Below, piece by piece: positions 28,035 through 37,565 of a DNA stretch of 64,000 nt. A program made the translations under genes and the position numbers. The stretch spans positions 22-64,021 of the forward strand of contig CALMRC010000053.1 in the NCBI GenBank assembly GCA_937873275.1, given 5' to 3'. How positions within the stretch are numbered: the stretch's first letter is position 1; each line of letters opens with the position of its first letter. This DNA is from an uncultured Spirochaetota bacterium. GTDB lineage: Bacteria; Spirochaetota; Spirochaetia; Treponematales; UBA12059. The notes under the pieces are model-generated. The model was not told the DNA's origin. It ran no database searches and was given only the letters and a program-made list of their open reading frames with translations.

Positions 28035-28072
28035 TTATACATACTTCAATGTATACATCAAAGTATGTATAA
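28035..28072. promoter_or_regulatory. 38-bp near-perfect palindrome, candidate GntR/FadR-type operator
   Basis: TTATACATACTT-ca-ATGTATACAT-ca-AAGTATGTATAA. 34/38 positions are self-complementary. It contains the TGTATACA core and sits between the gntR stop (28114) and the nhaC start (28011). Confidence 0.55.
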
Positions 28073-28113
28073 AAGGCATTCTACGTCAGATCCGGGATCT
28101 GTCAAGCGAAAAA

Positions 28114-28761
28114 TCAATACCCGAAAAGAAGCTTCTTGAACGTGTGCTCGATGTGGTCCCGCATGCATTGCTCCGCGAGTTCGGGGGACCTCGCCCGGAC
28201 GGCATCCAGGATGGCCTTGTGCTGTACGGGGGTCTTCTGGGGAGGCATGTCCTCGTGCTTGTCCAGCTTGTAGAAGCTGTCGAAGTAGAAGATGTACAGG
28301 TTGGACCGCCAGAATATGCTGGAGCACCAGGTCTCCAGGTAGATGTTGTGGGACGCCCGGGCTATCCCGGAATGGAAGGCCCGGTTGATCTGGGCGGTCA
28401 AATCCTTGTCGAGCTTCTCCAGGGCGTTGATCTCGGGCCGGAGGATTTCCTCGATCGCGTCGATCTCCCCGTCCGACGCGCGTTCCGCGGCCAGGGCGGC
28501 GGCCCGCCCTTCCACCGCCATCCGCGCCCGGAACACCTGCTCCGCGTCCTCCGGGGTGGGCTGGGGAATGAAACACCCTTTTTTCGGCATCCGGCTCAGG
28601 AAGCCTTCGGCGACCAGGCGGCCGATGGCCCGGCCCACCGGGGTCCGGCTCATGCCCAGGCTCTTCGCGAGTTCCACCTCCAATAGGAAGTCCCCGGGCT
28701 TGTAGTGGCCCGCCAGGATGAGGTGCACGATTTTTCGGTATGCGGACTCTTCTGCCGTCAT
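28114..28761 (-). CDS. GntR-family (FadR/FCD subfamily) transcriptional regulator
   Basis: LEVELAKSLGMSRTPVGRAIGRLVAEGFL wHTH plus a helical FCD-like C-terminal domain. Confidence 0.85.
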   Translation of the reverse strand: MTAEESAYRKIVHLILAGHYKPGDFLLEVELAKSLGMSRTPVGRAIGRLVAEGFLSRMPKKGCFIPQPTPEDAEQVFRARMAVEGRAAALAAERASDGEIDAIEEILRPEINALEKLDKDLTAQINRAFHSGIARASHNIYLETWCSSIFWRSNLYIFYFDSFYKLDKHEDMPPQKTPVQHKAILDAVRARSPELAEQCMRDHIEHTFKKLLFGY

Positions 28762-28900
28762 GATGTTCCCGTGGTTCGAAGCTTTGTGGAAATCGAGTTC
28801 GGATATCCGTATTCAAGCATCCCGCGGAGGGATTGTCCAGGCCGGCAGGAAGGAACCGGTCGGATCCGTCCTGCCGGAGCTTTTCTCGTCCCCGGCGCCC

Positions 28901-31180
28901 CTACTTCCCGGCCGGACCGCCTCGACCCGGATCCTCCCCGAAGGGCGGAATTCCCCGGGTTTGGCGCTCCAGCCGCTTGAGGACGTGGGGCAGGGGCGCG
29001 GCCTTCATGAAGTAGAAGCCCTGCATGCCCTGGCAGGACCGCTCCACGAAGTAGGACCGCTGGTCCCGGGTCTCGATGCCCTCCGCCACGATGCCCATCT
29101 CCAGGCTGTGTCCCAGGTTGATGATGGCCTTCACGACCTTCTCGTTCTGGGTGCGGGAGAGGTTGGCCACGAAGGACAGGTCGATCTTCAGGCTGTCCAC
29201 GGGCAGGTTCGACAGGTAGGCCAGGGAGGAGTAGCCGGTCCCGAAATCGTCGATCATGAAGCGCAGACCCGGCAGGGCGGCCTTGATGCCCTGGATGCGC
29301 TGGGCCGCGGCGGCCGGGTTGCGCATCAGGGTCGTCTCCGTGAGCTCCAGGCGGAGCCGTCCGGGGTCGACCCCGGAGGCCCGCACCACCTCCACCAGGG
29401 ATTCCGCGAAGCCGGGCTGCTCGAACTGCCGGCCCGAGAGGTTCACCGCCACGTAGACGTCCCGGACGTTCCGGTCCTGGAGCACCTTCAGGTCCGCCAG
29501 GGCCCGGTGCAGGACCCACTTGCCCAGAAGGAAGATGGTGCCGGATTCCTCGGCCACGGGCACGAAGACCGAGGGGGGGATGCTCTTTCCGTCCTCCCGG
29601 GGCCACCGGAGCAGGGCTTCCAGCCCCCGGATCATGCCGTTCTGGTCCACGATGGGTTGGTAGTAGAGCCGGAATTCCCCGCGCACCAGGGCGGTCCGGA
29701 TCTCCTGGGCCATGCGCCAGCGCTCCGCGACCCGGGCGTCCATGGCCGGATCGTAGACCGTGCAGGTCCCCTTGCCGCTGTCCTTGGACCGATACATGGC
29801 GATGTCCGCGCACTTGGTGACTTCCTGGACGGTATTCCCGTCGTCGGGAACCACGGAGATGCCGATGCTGACCCCCACGCTGACCGGGGCGTCCTCGGCG
29901 CCCTCCAGGAAGAAGGGCTGGCGGATCGAGGCCTGGATCCTCTCCGCCACCACCAGGGCGTCCTGGACCCGGCGGATTCCCGACAGGAGGGCCGTGAACT
30001 CGTCCCCCCCCAGCCGGTAGGCCGTGTCCGCGTCCCGGAGGCTCTCCCGGATGCGCCGGGCGGCTTCCACCAGGAGCCGGTCCCCCCGGTCGTGTCCCAG
30101 GGTGTCGTTGATCTGCTTGAACCCGTCCAAGTCCATGAAAAGCACCGCGTGCTTCCGGTTCTTGTCCTTTTCCAAGCCCGCCAGGGCGGCCTGCAGGTCC
30201 TCGTGAAAAAGCTCCCGGTTGGCCAGGCCCGTGAGACGGTCGTGGTAGGCCAGGTGGCGGAGCTTGCGCTCCAGATTCTTCCGGTGGGAGATGTCCCGGA
30301 CGATGCAGGTCAGGGTCCTCTCCTTGAAGACCTTGGAATTCCCGAAGGACATCTCCATGGGAGCCACACCCCGGTTCTTGGTGGTCCCCAGGACCTCCAG
30401 GGTGCGGCGCAGGCCCATGGCCGGGCGGTCCTTGTCGTCCACGTAGAAATACTTGCGGAATACGTCCTCGTAGGTCCGGAACACTTCCTCCGGGAAGAGA
30501 ATCCGGAAGCTCTGGCCCACCAGCTCCTCCCGGGTATATCCGAAGGTCGACAAGGCCCCGGAGTTGGCGAAGAGGATGGCCAGGTTTTCGTCGATCCGGA
30601 AAATCGCCTCCGAGATGGTCTCCGAGAGGGCCGCGTACTGTTCCTCGCTCTCCCGGAGCTCCTCCAGGAGGCGTTTCTCCAGGGTCAGGTTGCGAATCGC
30701 GGCCAGCACCGAGTCCCGGTCCTCGATCCGGACCGGTACCAGGAGGCACTCCATGGAGGCCGAGGACCCGTCCGCCCTCAGGCCCCGGAAGGTGAAGATC
30801 TCCCGGGGGAGGGAATCTCCGCCTCCCTCCCGGTTCCGGCCGAGGGCTTCCAACTTTTCCCGGAACCCGTCCCGGTAGCCCGATTCCAGGATCTCCAGGG
30901 CGCTCCGTCCCCGCAGATGCGGGAGGTCGAACCCGCTGGCGGCCAGGAAGGAAGGATTCGCGTCCCCGACGGTCCCGTCGGGCTCCAGGGCCAGGAGCAT
31001 GTCCGGAGAGCCGTCGAAGAGGATCTGAAAGTCCGAGTCGAGATCCCCGCCGGATCCGCGGCAGGTGCGAAGCAGGCTCTGGAGGGCCTCGGAGAATAGG
31101 GAATCATCCTGCGGGAGGTCGAGGAGGGGAATCGTCTCGTCTCCGCCGGTCGCGGAGGGATCCGGATCCGACATGTTCAT
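28901..31180 (-). CDS. PAS-PAS-GGDEF-EAL c-di-GMP turnover protein
   Basis: The GGDEF domain has RLGGDEFTALL. The EAL domain has EALLRW, DDFGTGYSSL and EGIET. Two PAS-like N-terminal modules. Confidence 0.9.
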   Translation of the reverse strand: MNMSDPDPSATGGDETIPLLDLPQDDSLFSEALQSLLRTCRGSGGDLDSDFQILFDGSPDMLLALEPDGTVGDANPSFLAASGFDLPHLRGRSALEILESGYRDGFREKLEALGRNREGGGDSLPREIFTFRGLRADGSSASMECLLVPVRIEDRDSVLAAIRNLTLEKRLLEELRESEEQYAALSETISEAIFRIDENLAILFANSGALSTFGYTREELVGQSFRILFPEEVFRTYEDVFRKYFYVDDKDRPAMGLRRTLEVLGTTKNRGVAPMEMSFGNSKVFKERTLTCIVRDISHRKNLERKLRHLAYHDRLTGLANRELFHEDLQAALAGLEKDKNRKHAVLFMDLDGFKQINDTLGHDRGDRLLVEAARRIRESLRDADTAYRLGGDEFTALLSGIRRVQDALVVAERIQASIRQPFFLEGAEDAPVSVGVSIGISVVPDDGNTVQEVTKCADIAMYRSKDSGKGTCTVYDPAMDARVAERWRMAQEIRTALVRGEFRLYYQPIVDQNGMIRGLEALLRWPREDGKSIPPSVFVPVAEESGTIFLLGKWVLHRALADLKVLQDRNVRDVYVAVNLSGRQFEQPGFAESLVEVVRASGVDPGRLRLELTETTLMRNPAAAAQRIQGIKAALPGLRFMIDDFGTGYSSLAYLSNLPVDSLKIDLSFVANLSRTQNEKVVKAIINLGHSLEMGIVAEGIETRDQRSYFVERSCQGMQGFYFMKAAPLPHVLKRLERQTRGIPPFGEDPGRGGPAGK

Positions 31181-31307
31181 TCGCTTCCTGGTTTTTCGGA
31201 TTCTAGAGACTCCCCGGAGCCGCCGGTACCCGCCCCGGGCGGAATTCGGCTCTTCCTTATCGGCAGGAAGGGTCTCCTACTTAATCGTATCATGGATTCC
31301 GGGGAAT

Positions 31308-31874
31308 TCAACGCGGGTTTTCCGGAAGCGGCCCGTCGCTTCCGGCGTCCCCCCGGCCGTCGACATAGGCGTCGCAATCGGCCAGCCAGGCCAACATGGC
31401 CCGGAGCTGGCCCTCCCGGAACCGCCGGACCAGGGCCTCGAAGCCCCGGTCCCCGCCGTCGACGCGGCGCAGGCGGAGCCAGGACTCGCAGGCCGCCCGT
31501 TGCCCCGACACCAAGGCGCGGGCGGCCGCGGGATCCGACCGGGCGCAGAAGTACAGCTTCGCGGGGAACTCCACCCGGAAGGCCCGGCTGTCGGCCACGG
31601 GTGCCGTCATCCAGGTCCGGAGGACTCCCCGCCCCGCGGGGCTCAGGCGGAACTCCTTCCGGGGAGGGCGGTCCGCCTGCTCGCGCACCTCCATCTCCAC
31701 GAGGCCCGCCCGCCCGAGCCGGGCCAGAATGGCGTAGAACCGGCTACGCTTCACCTTCCACACCACGGACAGCCCGGTCCGGCCGGAATATCGGCGGTAC
31801 AGTTCGTATCCGTGCAGGGGCCCCTCCAGCAGGAGTCCCAGGAGCGCGTACTCGATGGAGGGCGAGTCGTCCAT
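31308..31874 (-). CDS. PadR-family transcriptional regulator
   Basis: Trimmed to MDDSPSIEYALLGLLLEGPLHGYELYRR (ATG at 31874). Classic PadR wHTH. Confidence 0.8.
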   Translation of the reverse strand: MDDSPSIEYALLGLLLEGPLHGYELYRRYSGRTGLSVVWKVKRSRFYAILARLGRAGLVEMEVREQADRPPRKEFRLSPAGRGVLRTWMTAPVADSRAFRVEFPAKLYFCARSDPAAARALVSGQRAACESWLRLRRVDGGDRGFEALVRRFREGQLRAMLAWLADCDAYVDGRGDAGSDGPLPENPR

Positions 31875-32087
31875 GCCCCTAGTCTCCGATCCCGGCGGGC
31901 ATACCGTCAAGGCTTGCGGACCGGTTTCCACGCCCCCGGCGGGTTTTCGAGGCCGACTTGAATCAAAACGTTTCTGCATATAGAATCGCATAAACATGTG
32001 GACTTTTCGGGTTGACAACTTCGGAGGACCGTCCTACCATTACTCATCCGCTGAAGAGTAGTGGAATAAACCAAGCAGGAGGCACGT

Positions 32088-33131
32088 ATGGGCAAATTCG
32101 GCAAAGCGATCGCGGTGCTATTATTCCTGGTAATGAGCCTTGGAGCCTTCGCCAACGGCACCAAGGACGCCTCGGCCCCGGCGGGCTCGACGGAACTCCA
32201 GCCCGGGACCTACACCTGGGTGGCCGGGAGCATGGGGGGCGGCTGGTATACCGTCGCCGGCGGCTTCGCCCGGCTCGTGAACGAGAAGGAGCCCAAGATC
32301 ACGATCAAGGTGATCCCCGGCGGCGGCGTTGCCAACCCGATCGCCCTCAACAACGGGGACGTGGACATCGCCTGGGGCGTGGGGTACGTGGACAAGGCCG
32401 CCTTCAACGGCACCGCCCCCATCTACAACCAGGCCTACAAGAACCTGGCCTCCATCTCCGGGACCATGGCGGTGGACTACTACCACTTCCTGGCCGCCAA
32501 GGACACGGGGGTCACCACCCTGGACCAGTTCGTGGACAAGGTCAAGAAGGGCGAGAAGATCAAGATCGCGGCCCCGATGACGGGAACCTCCGACTACGTC
32601 ATGACCTCCTTCGTCCTGGCCTACTACGGCATCTCCTACGACACCATCAAGCAGAACGGCGGAACCGTCATCCAGGCCATCTACGGGGACATGCCCAGCC
32701 TCTACAAGGACCGCCACGTGGACTACGCCTTCGCCACCCTGGGCCTCCCGGGCGCCATCATGACCGAGATGTCCATGGGCCGGCCCTCCACCCTCATGGC
32801 CCTCTCCAACGAGATCATCGACCACTGCGCCAAGACCTACGGCACCGTGGCCCGGGCCAGCGGGCTCGCGCGGGTTCCCGGCGGCACCTACACCGGCATG
32901 CCCAACGACATCCAGACCCTCTGCCACTCCACCGAGATCCTGGTCAGCCCGAAGATGCCCGCCGCCGCGGTCTACGTCATCACGAAGGTCCTGAACGAGA
33001 ACAAGGACTTCCTCGTGAGCCTGGGCGCCGGCTACAGGGTCTTCGATCCCAAGACCACCTGGTCCTCGGTGCAGGTTCCCCTCCACCCCGGGGCCGCCGC
33101 GTACTACAAGGACGCGGGAGTCCTGAAGTAA
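32088..33131 (+). CDS. TAXI-family TRAP transporter solute-binding protein
   Basis: Signal peptide MGKFGKAIAVLLFLVMSLGAFA. SMGGGWYTVAGGFARL and GGGVANP are typical of the TAXI family. Confidence 0.8.
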   Translation: MGKFGKAIAVLLFLVMSLGAFANGTKDASAPAGSTELQPGTYTWVAGSMGGGWYTVAGGFARLVNEKEPKITIKVIPGGGVANPIALNNGDVDIAWGVGYVDKAAFNGTAPIYNQAYKNLASISGTMAVDYYHFLAAKDTGVTTLDQFVDKVKKGEKIKIAAPMTGTSDYVMTSFVLAYYGISYDTIKQNGGTVIQAIYGDMPSLYKDRHVDYAFATLGLPGAIMTEMSMGRPSTLMALSNEIIDHCAKTYGTVARASGLARVPGGTYTGMPNDIQTLCHSTEILVSPKMPAAAVYVITKVLNENKDFLVSLGAGYRVFDPKTTWSSVQVPLHPGAAAYYKDAGVLK

Positions 33132-33274
33132 GCCGACCGGAATCCCTCCGGACCGCCGGAACCGTCCGGGACGTCCGCGGCATCGCCGCGGGCGCCCCGG
33201 ACGCCCCCGGTCCCCGTCCGAATCCCGAGCCGCGCAGACCCTTGACAGGAATCACTACGAGATAAGGAATCCCC

Positions 33275-35182
33275 ATGAGAGAGCTTAAAGGTTCCCTGAA
33301 GGTACTCGTATCGGTCTGGGCGGCCGTGATCGCCGCCTTCCACCTCTACACGGCCGTCTTCGGCATCATGCAGCCGCGGATCCAGCGGGGGATCCACATC
33401 CTCTTCCTGCTGCCCCTGGCCTTCATCCTCTATCCCGCGACCAAGAAATCCCCCACGGACCGTCCCACCCTGCCGGACTGGATCCTGGCATTCCTGGCGA
33501 TCCTCCCGTCCCTGTACGTGATCGTCATGAACGAACCCCTGAACATGCGCATGCCCATGGTCGAACCCATCACTCCCCTGGAGTTCTGGCTGGGCGTCGT
33601 GAACATCGTCCTGCTCGTCGAGGCCATCCGTCGGGTGGTGGTGCCCGCGATGGCCGTCCTGGTCCTCGTTTTCTTCGCCTACATCCTGATCGCCCCGTAC
33701 CTGCCGGGGATCTTCTACTCCCGGCGCGTCTCCCTGGCCCGCATCGTGGAGATGAACTACCTGATCACCGATTCCGGAATCTACGGGGCCATCACGGGGG
33801 TGACGGCGACGTTCGTCGCGATCTTCGTGATCTTCGGCTCCTTCATGCAGTACACGAAAACCGGGGAGTTCTTCACGAACTTCGCCTGCAAGGTGGCCGG
33901 GAGCGGCCCCGGAGGACCGGCCAAGATCGCCGTCGTGAGCTCGGGGCTCTTCGGCTCCATCTCGGGGGTTGCGGCCGCCAACGTCTACGCGACCGGGACC
34001 TTCACGATCCCCCTCATGAAGCGCCTGGGCTACCGGCCCCAGTTCGCCGGGGCCGTGGAGGCCGCGGCGTCCACGGGCGGGCTCATCATGCCCCCCATCA
34101 TGGGAGCCGGCGCCTTCGTCATGTCCGAGATCACGAACATCCCCTACGCGACCATCGCCCTGGCCGCCGCCTTGGGGGCCATCCTGTACTACTTCAGCAT
34201 CGGGATCCGGGTCCACCTCATCGCCCTGAAGGACAACCTCAAGGCAATGGACCCCAGCGAGATGATCTCCTGGAAGCAGGTCCTCCGGGACTCCTACCTC
34301 CTCATCCCCCTGGTCGTCCTGATCGCCCTCCTGGTCATCGGGTACTCCCCCTTCGGGGCCTGCACCTACGCCATCGGGGCCTCCTTCCTGCTGGGCTTCC
34401 TGCGCAAGGAAACCACCATGACCCCCAAACGCCTGTTCGAGGCCTTCAGCCTCTCGGGGTTCAACCTGATCATGCTGGCCGTGTCCTGCGCCGGCGCCGG
34501 GATGGTCATCAGCATCGTGACCTACACGGGCCTGGCCCTGGGGATCGCCACGGTGATCACGAGCTTCTCCCACGGCATCCTCCTGCCCGCCCTCATCCTG
34601 GTGATGATCACTTCCATCATCCTGGGCATGGGCCTGCCCTGCACACCCGCGTACATCATCGCGGTGACCATCGGGGGTCCGGCCATGCTGGGCCTCGGGA
34701 TCGAGATGCTCCCGGCCCACCTCTTCGTCTTCTACTTCGCCATCCTGGCGGAGGTGACCCCTCCCGTGTGCATCGCCGCCTACTGCGGAGCCGCCATCGC
34801 GGGGACCAAGCCCCTGTCCACAGGCTTCGAGGCCTCCCTCCTGGCCATCATGGGCTACATCATCCCCTTCGTCTTCGTGTACAACCAGGCCCTCCTCCTC
34901 CGGGGACCGGCCCTGGAGATCCTGGCCGTGTTCCTGGCCTTGCTGGCGACGACGACCCTGTCCGGCGCGGCCATCACGGGATACCTCTTCAAGCCCCTGG
35001 GAATCCCGGGCCGGCTCCTCGCGGGGGCCGGAAGCCTGGCGGGGGTCCTCCTGGCCGCGAACGCCAAGCTGCTGGCGACCACGGGTCCCCAGCTGGCCCT
35101 GATCGGAGTCTCCCTGGCGGGCATCGCCGTCTTCGTGATCGGGAACCGCCGCGCCCTGCGGGCCCGGGGCTTCGCGGCCTGA
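33275..35182 (+). CDS. TRAP transporter fused 4TM/12TM permease (TAXI type)
   Basis: 635 aa and highly hydrophobic. It lies directly after the TAXI binding protein. Confidence 0.8.
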   Translation: MRELKGSLKVLVSVWAAVIAAFHLYTAVFGIMQPRIQRGIHILFLLPLAFILYPATKKSPTDRPTLPDWILAFLAILPSLYVIVMNEPLNMRMPMVEPITPLEFWLGVVNIVLLVEAIRRVVVPAMAVLVLVFFAYILIAPYLPGIFYSRRVSLARIVEMNYLITDSGIYGAITGVTATFVAIFVIFGSFMQYTKTGEFFTNFACKVAGSGPGGPAKIAVVSSGLFGSISGVAAANVYATGTFTIPLMKRLGYRPQFAGAVEAAASTGGLIMPPIMGAGAFVMSEITNIPYATIALAAALGAILYYFSIGIRVHLIALKDNLKAMDPSEMISWKQVLRDSYLLIPLVVLIALLVIGYSPFGACTYAIGASFLLGFLRKETTMTPKRLFEAFSLSGFNLIMLAVSCAGAGMVISIVTYTGLALGIATVITSFSHGILLPALILVMITSIILGMGLPCTPAYIIAVTIGGPAMLGLGIEMLPAHLFVFYFAILAEVTPPVCIAAYCGAAIAGTKPLSTGFEASLLAIMGYIIPFVFVYNQALLLRGPALEILAVFLALLATTTLSGAAITGYLFKPLGIPGRLLAGAGSLAGVLLAANAKLLATTGPQLALIGVSLAGIAVFVIGNRRALRARGFAA

Positions 35183-35198
35183 GGGCCGCGGATCGAGG

Positions 35199-36443
35199 AT
35201 GCCCGGGATGACGATCCGAGCGGACACGGCGGTATTGGGCGCCGGCGTAAACGGCATGTCCACGGCCTACGAACTCTGCAGGCGCGGCCGGAGCGTGGTC
35301 CTGGTGGACAAGGTGGTCATGGGGGCCGGGGCTTCGGGATCCTGCGACGACATGATCCTCCTGCAGTCCAAGAAACCCGGCATCCTCCTGGAGATGGCTT
35401 TCCGGAGCCTGGAGCTCTTCCGGGATCTGCAAGGGGAACTCCCCTGCGACATCGAGTTCGACACCCGGGGAGGGACCATCCTGATCGAGACCCCCGAGGA
35501 ACTGGCGGTCATGGAGGACTTTGTCGCCCGCCAGAACAAGTACGGCCTCGCGGTGGAGATCGTGGACGCCCGGCGCCTCCGGGAGCTCCAGCCCCACGTG
35601 ACGGACCGGGTCATCGCCTCCACCTACAGCGCCCGGGACTCCCAGGTGAACCCCATGCTCCTCATGAAGGGCTTCTTCCTGGGGGCCTCCGCCAAGGGGC
35701 TCACCTTTCTCCGCCGGAGCCGGCCGGAATCCCTGACACCTCGAAACGGACGCTGGGAGATCAAGCTCTCCACGGGAGAGACCCTGGAGACCGGGACCGT
35801 CGTGAACGCAACGGGGGCCTGGGCCAACGAGATCAGCGGCCTTCTGGGGCTCCGGTTCCCCATCGCCCCCCGGAAGGGCCAGGTCCTGGTGACCGAGCAG
35901 CTTCCCCCCCTGGGGGAGACCAACGTCTGGAGCGCCCAGTACATCGTATCCAAGCTCCGCCCCGCCGGGACCTCGGCCCCCGGGGCGGCGTCCTGGATGA
36001 GCGGTCCGGAAGAGGCCCGGACCGCCGCGGGGTACGGCCTGGGCTTCGCCTTCACGGGGACCCACAGCGGGAACTACCTGATCGGAAGCACCCGGGAGAA
36101 CGCGGGCTACGACAAGGCGACGGACCCCGAGGCCCTTGGCCTCCTGGCCCGACAAGTCATACATTACTTCCCGGTCATGAAGGACGTGCATTTCATACGG
36201 ACCTTCGCGGGACTTCGGCCGTCCACGCCGGACGGAATGCCCGTGATCGGGGAGGTGCCGGGATTCCCGGGCTTCTTCATGGCCGCGGGACACGAGGGGG
36301 ACGGAATCGCCCTGTCCCCGATCACCGGCCGGGTGGCGGCCGACCTCGTGGAGGGAAGGAAGCCGGAGTTCTCCCTGGAGAGCTTCCGGCCGGAACGGTT
36401 CCTGGAAGGGCAAGGAGACCTGGATGAAGCAGCCTCTGGATGA
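35199..36443 (+). CDS. FAD-dependent oxidoreductase, DadA/SoxB/HcnC/LhpB-like (beta-type subunit)
   Basis: DTAVLGAGVNGMSTAYEL dinucleotide-binding motif. An alternative ATG at 35208 has a better-spaced GAGGA. Confidence 0.8.
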   Translation: MPGMTIRADTAVLGAGVNGMSTAYELCRRGRSVVLVDKVVMGAGASGSCDDMILLQSKKPGILLEMAFRSLELFRDLQGELPCDIEFDTRGGTILIETPEELAVMEDFVARQNKYGLAVEIVDARRLRELQPHVTDRVIASTYSARDSQVNPMLLMKGFFLGASAKGLTFLRRSRPESLTPRNGRWEIKLSTGETLETGTVVNATGAWANEISGLLGLRFPIAPRKGQVLVTEQLPPLGETNVWSAQYIVSKLRPAGTSAPGAASWMSGPEEARTAAGYGLGFAFTGTHSGNYLIGSTRENAGYDKATDPEALGLLARQVIHYFPVMKDVHFIRTFAGLRPSTPDGMPVIGEVPGFPGFFMAAGHEGDGIALSPITGRVAADLVEGRKPEFSLESFRPERFLEGQGDLDEAASG

Positions 36444-37149
36444 ACGGGAACTGATCGTCCTGGAGTGCATCCGCGACTCGGCGGAGCCCCTGGGGTCCTG
36501 GAGCCTCGTGGAACACCTGGAGGGGCGGGGCTACCGGGTCAGCTCCGCCTCCATCGGGCGCATCCTGTACCGCCTGGAGCAGCGGGGATACGTGGAGGGC
36601 CAGGGAAACCGCGGGCGCATCATCACGAAGGCCGGGGTGACGGCCATCGGGAAGACCAAGGCCTTCAACTCCATGGACTCCCACCGCAAGGACCTGGAAA
36701 ACCTGATCAACAGCAAGGTGCTGGAGGATTTCATCATGGTTCTCCAGGCGCGCAAAGCCATCGAGCGGGAGACCGCCCGCCTGGCCGCGGAGAACATCAC
36801 CGAGTCCGGGAAGAAGGAGCTCTCCTCGATCCTGGAGGAGCAGGAGGTGAAGGCCCGCAGGGGGGAGAGCATCGCGGAGATCGACATCGCCTTCCACCGG
36901 GGCATCGCGAACGCCTCCCGGAACCCGGCCCTCCTGGCCCTCTACGGGATCCTGTCCACCATGGGCCAGCAGTCCGAGCTCTTCGAGTTCGTCCGCAGCC
37001 GGGTGAACGCCCCCTACCGGCCGGCCCACCGGTCGATCCTCAACGCCATCTGCGACCACGACCCGGACGAGGCGGAGAGAAGCATGATCCGCCACATGGA
37101 CGCCCTCATCGAGGACGTGACGAAATACTGGGACGCCTACCGGGACTGA
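36424..37149 (+). CDS. Transcriptional regulator: winged-helix N-terminus + FCD (FadR C-terminal) domain
   Basis: SIGRILYRLEQRGYVEG wHTH. FCD-like helices (IAFHRGIANASRNPAL). Overlaps the upstream gene by 20 nt. Confidence 0.65.
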   Translation: MKQPLDERELIVLECIRDSAEPLGSWSLVEHLEGRGYRVSSASIGRILYRLEQRGYVEGQGNRGRIITKAGVTAIGKTKAFNSMDSHRKDLENLINSKVLEDFIMVLQARKAIERETARLAAENITESGKKELSSILEEQEVKARRGESIAEIDIAFHRGIANASRNPALLALYGILSTMGQQSELFEFVRSRVNAPYRPAHRSILNAICDHDPDEAERSMIRHMDALIEDVTKYWDAYRD

Positions 37150-37187
37150 ACCGGCGGCCCCCGGAATCCCGGACCTAGGAGCTGCGA

Positions 37188-37484
37188 ATGGACCGCGACG
37201 AGAACTACATCTGCCGCTGCGAGGAGGTCACGGAGGACGAAATCCGCACGGCGATCCGCGGCGGGGCCCGCTCCGTGAAGGAGATCAAGCGCTGGACCCG
37301 GTCCGGGATGGGAATCTGCCAGGGGCGCACCTGCCGGCGCCTGGTGGAGAGGATCCTCGCGGAGGAGCTCGGCCTGGCGCCCGGGGAGGTGGAATCCTCC
37401 TCCTTCCGGCCCCCGGTCCGGCCGGTGTCCCTGGATTCCATGGACGGGTCCCGAGACCCGTCCACGCACGGGTCCGGGGGCTGA
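37188..37484 (+). CDS. BFD-like [2Fe-2S]-binding protein
   Basis: YICRCEEVTEDEIRTAI...GMGICQGRTC gives the C-x-C ... C-x4-C pattern of the Fer2_BFD domain. Confidence 0.75.
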   Translation: MDRDENYICRCEEVTEDEIRTAIRGGARSVKEIKRWTRSGMGICQGRTCRRLVERILAEELGLAPGEVESSSFRPPVRPVSLDSMDGSRDPSTHGSGG

Positions 37485-37565
37485 CGGGGGAACTCTCCGC
37501 GGAACACCCGCGGGGAGTATGGACAAGGTGTTACTATATATAGTATCGAACGAGCGGAGGATACG

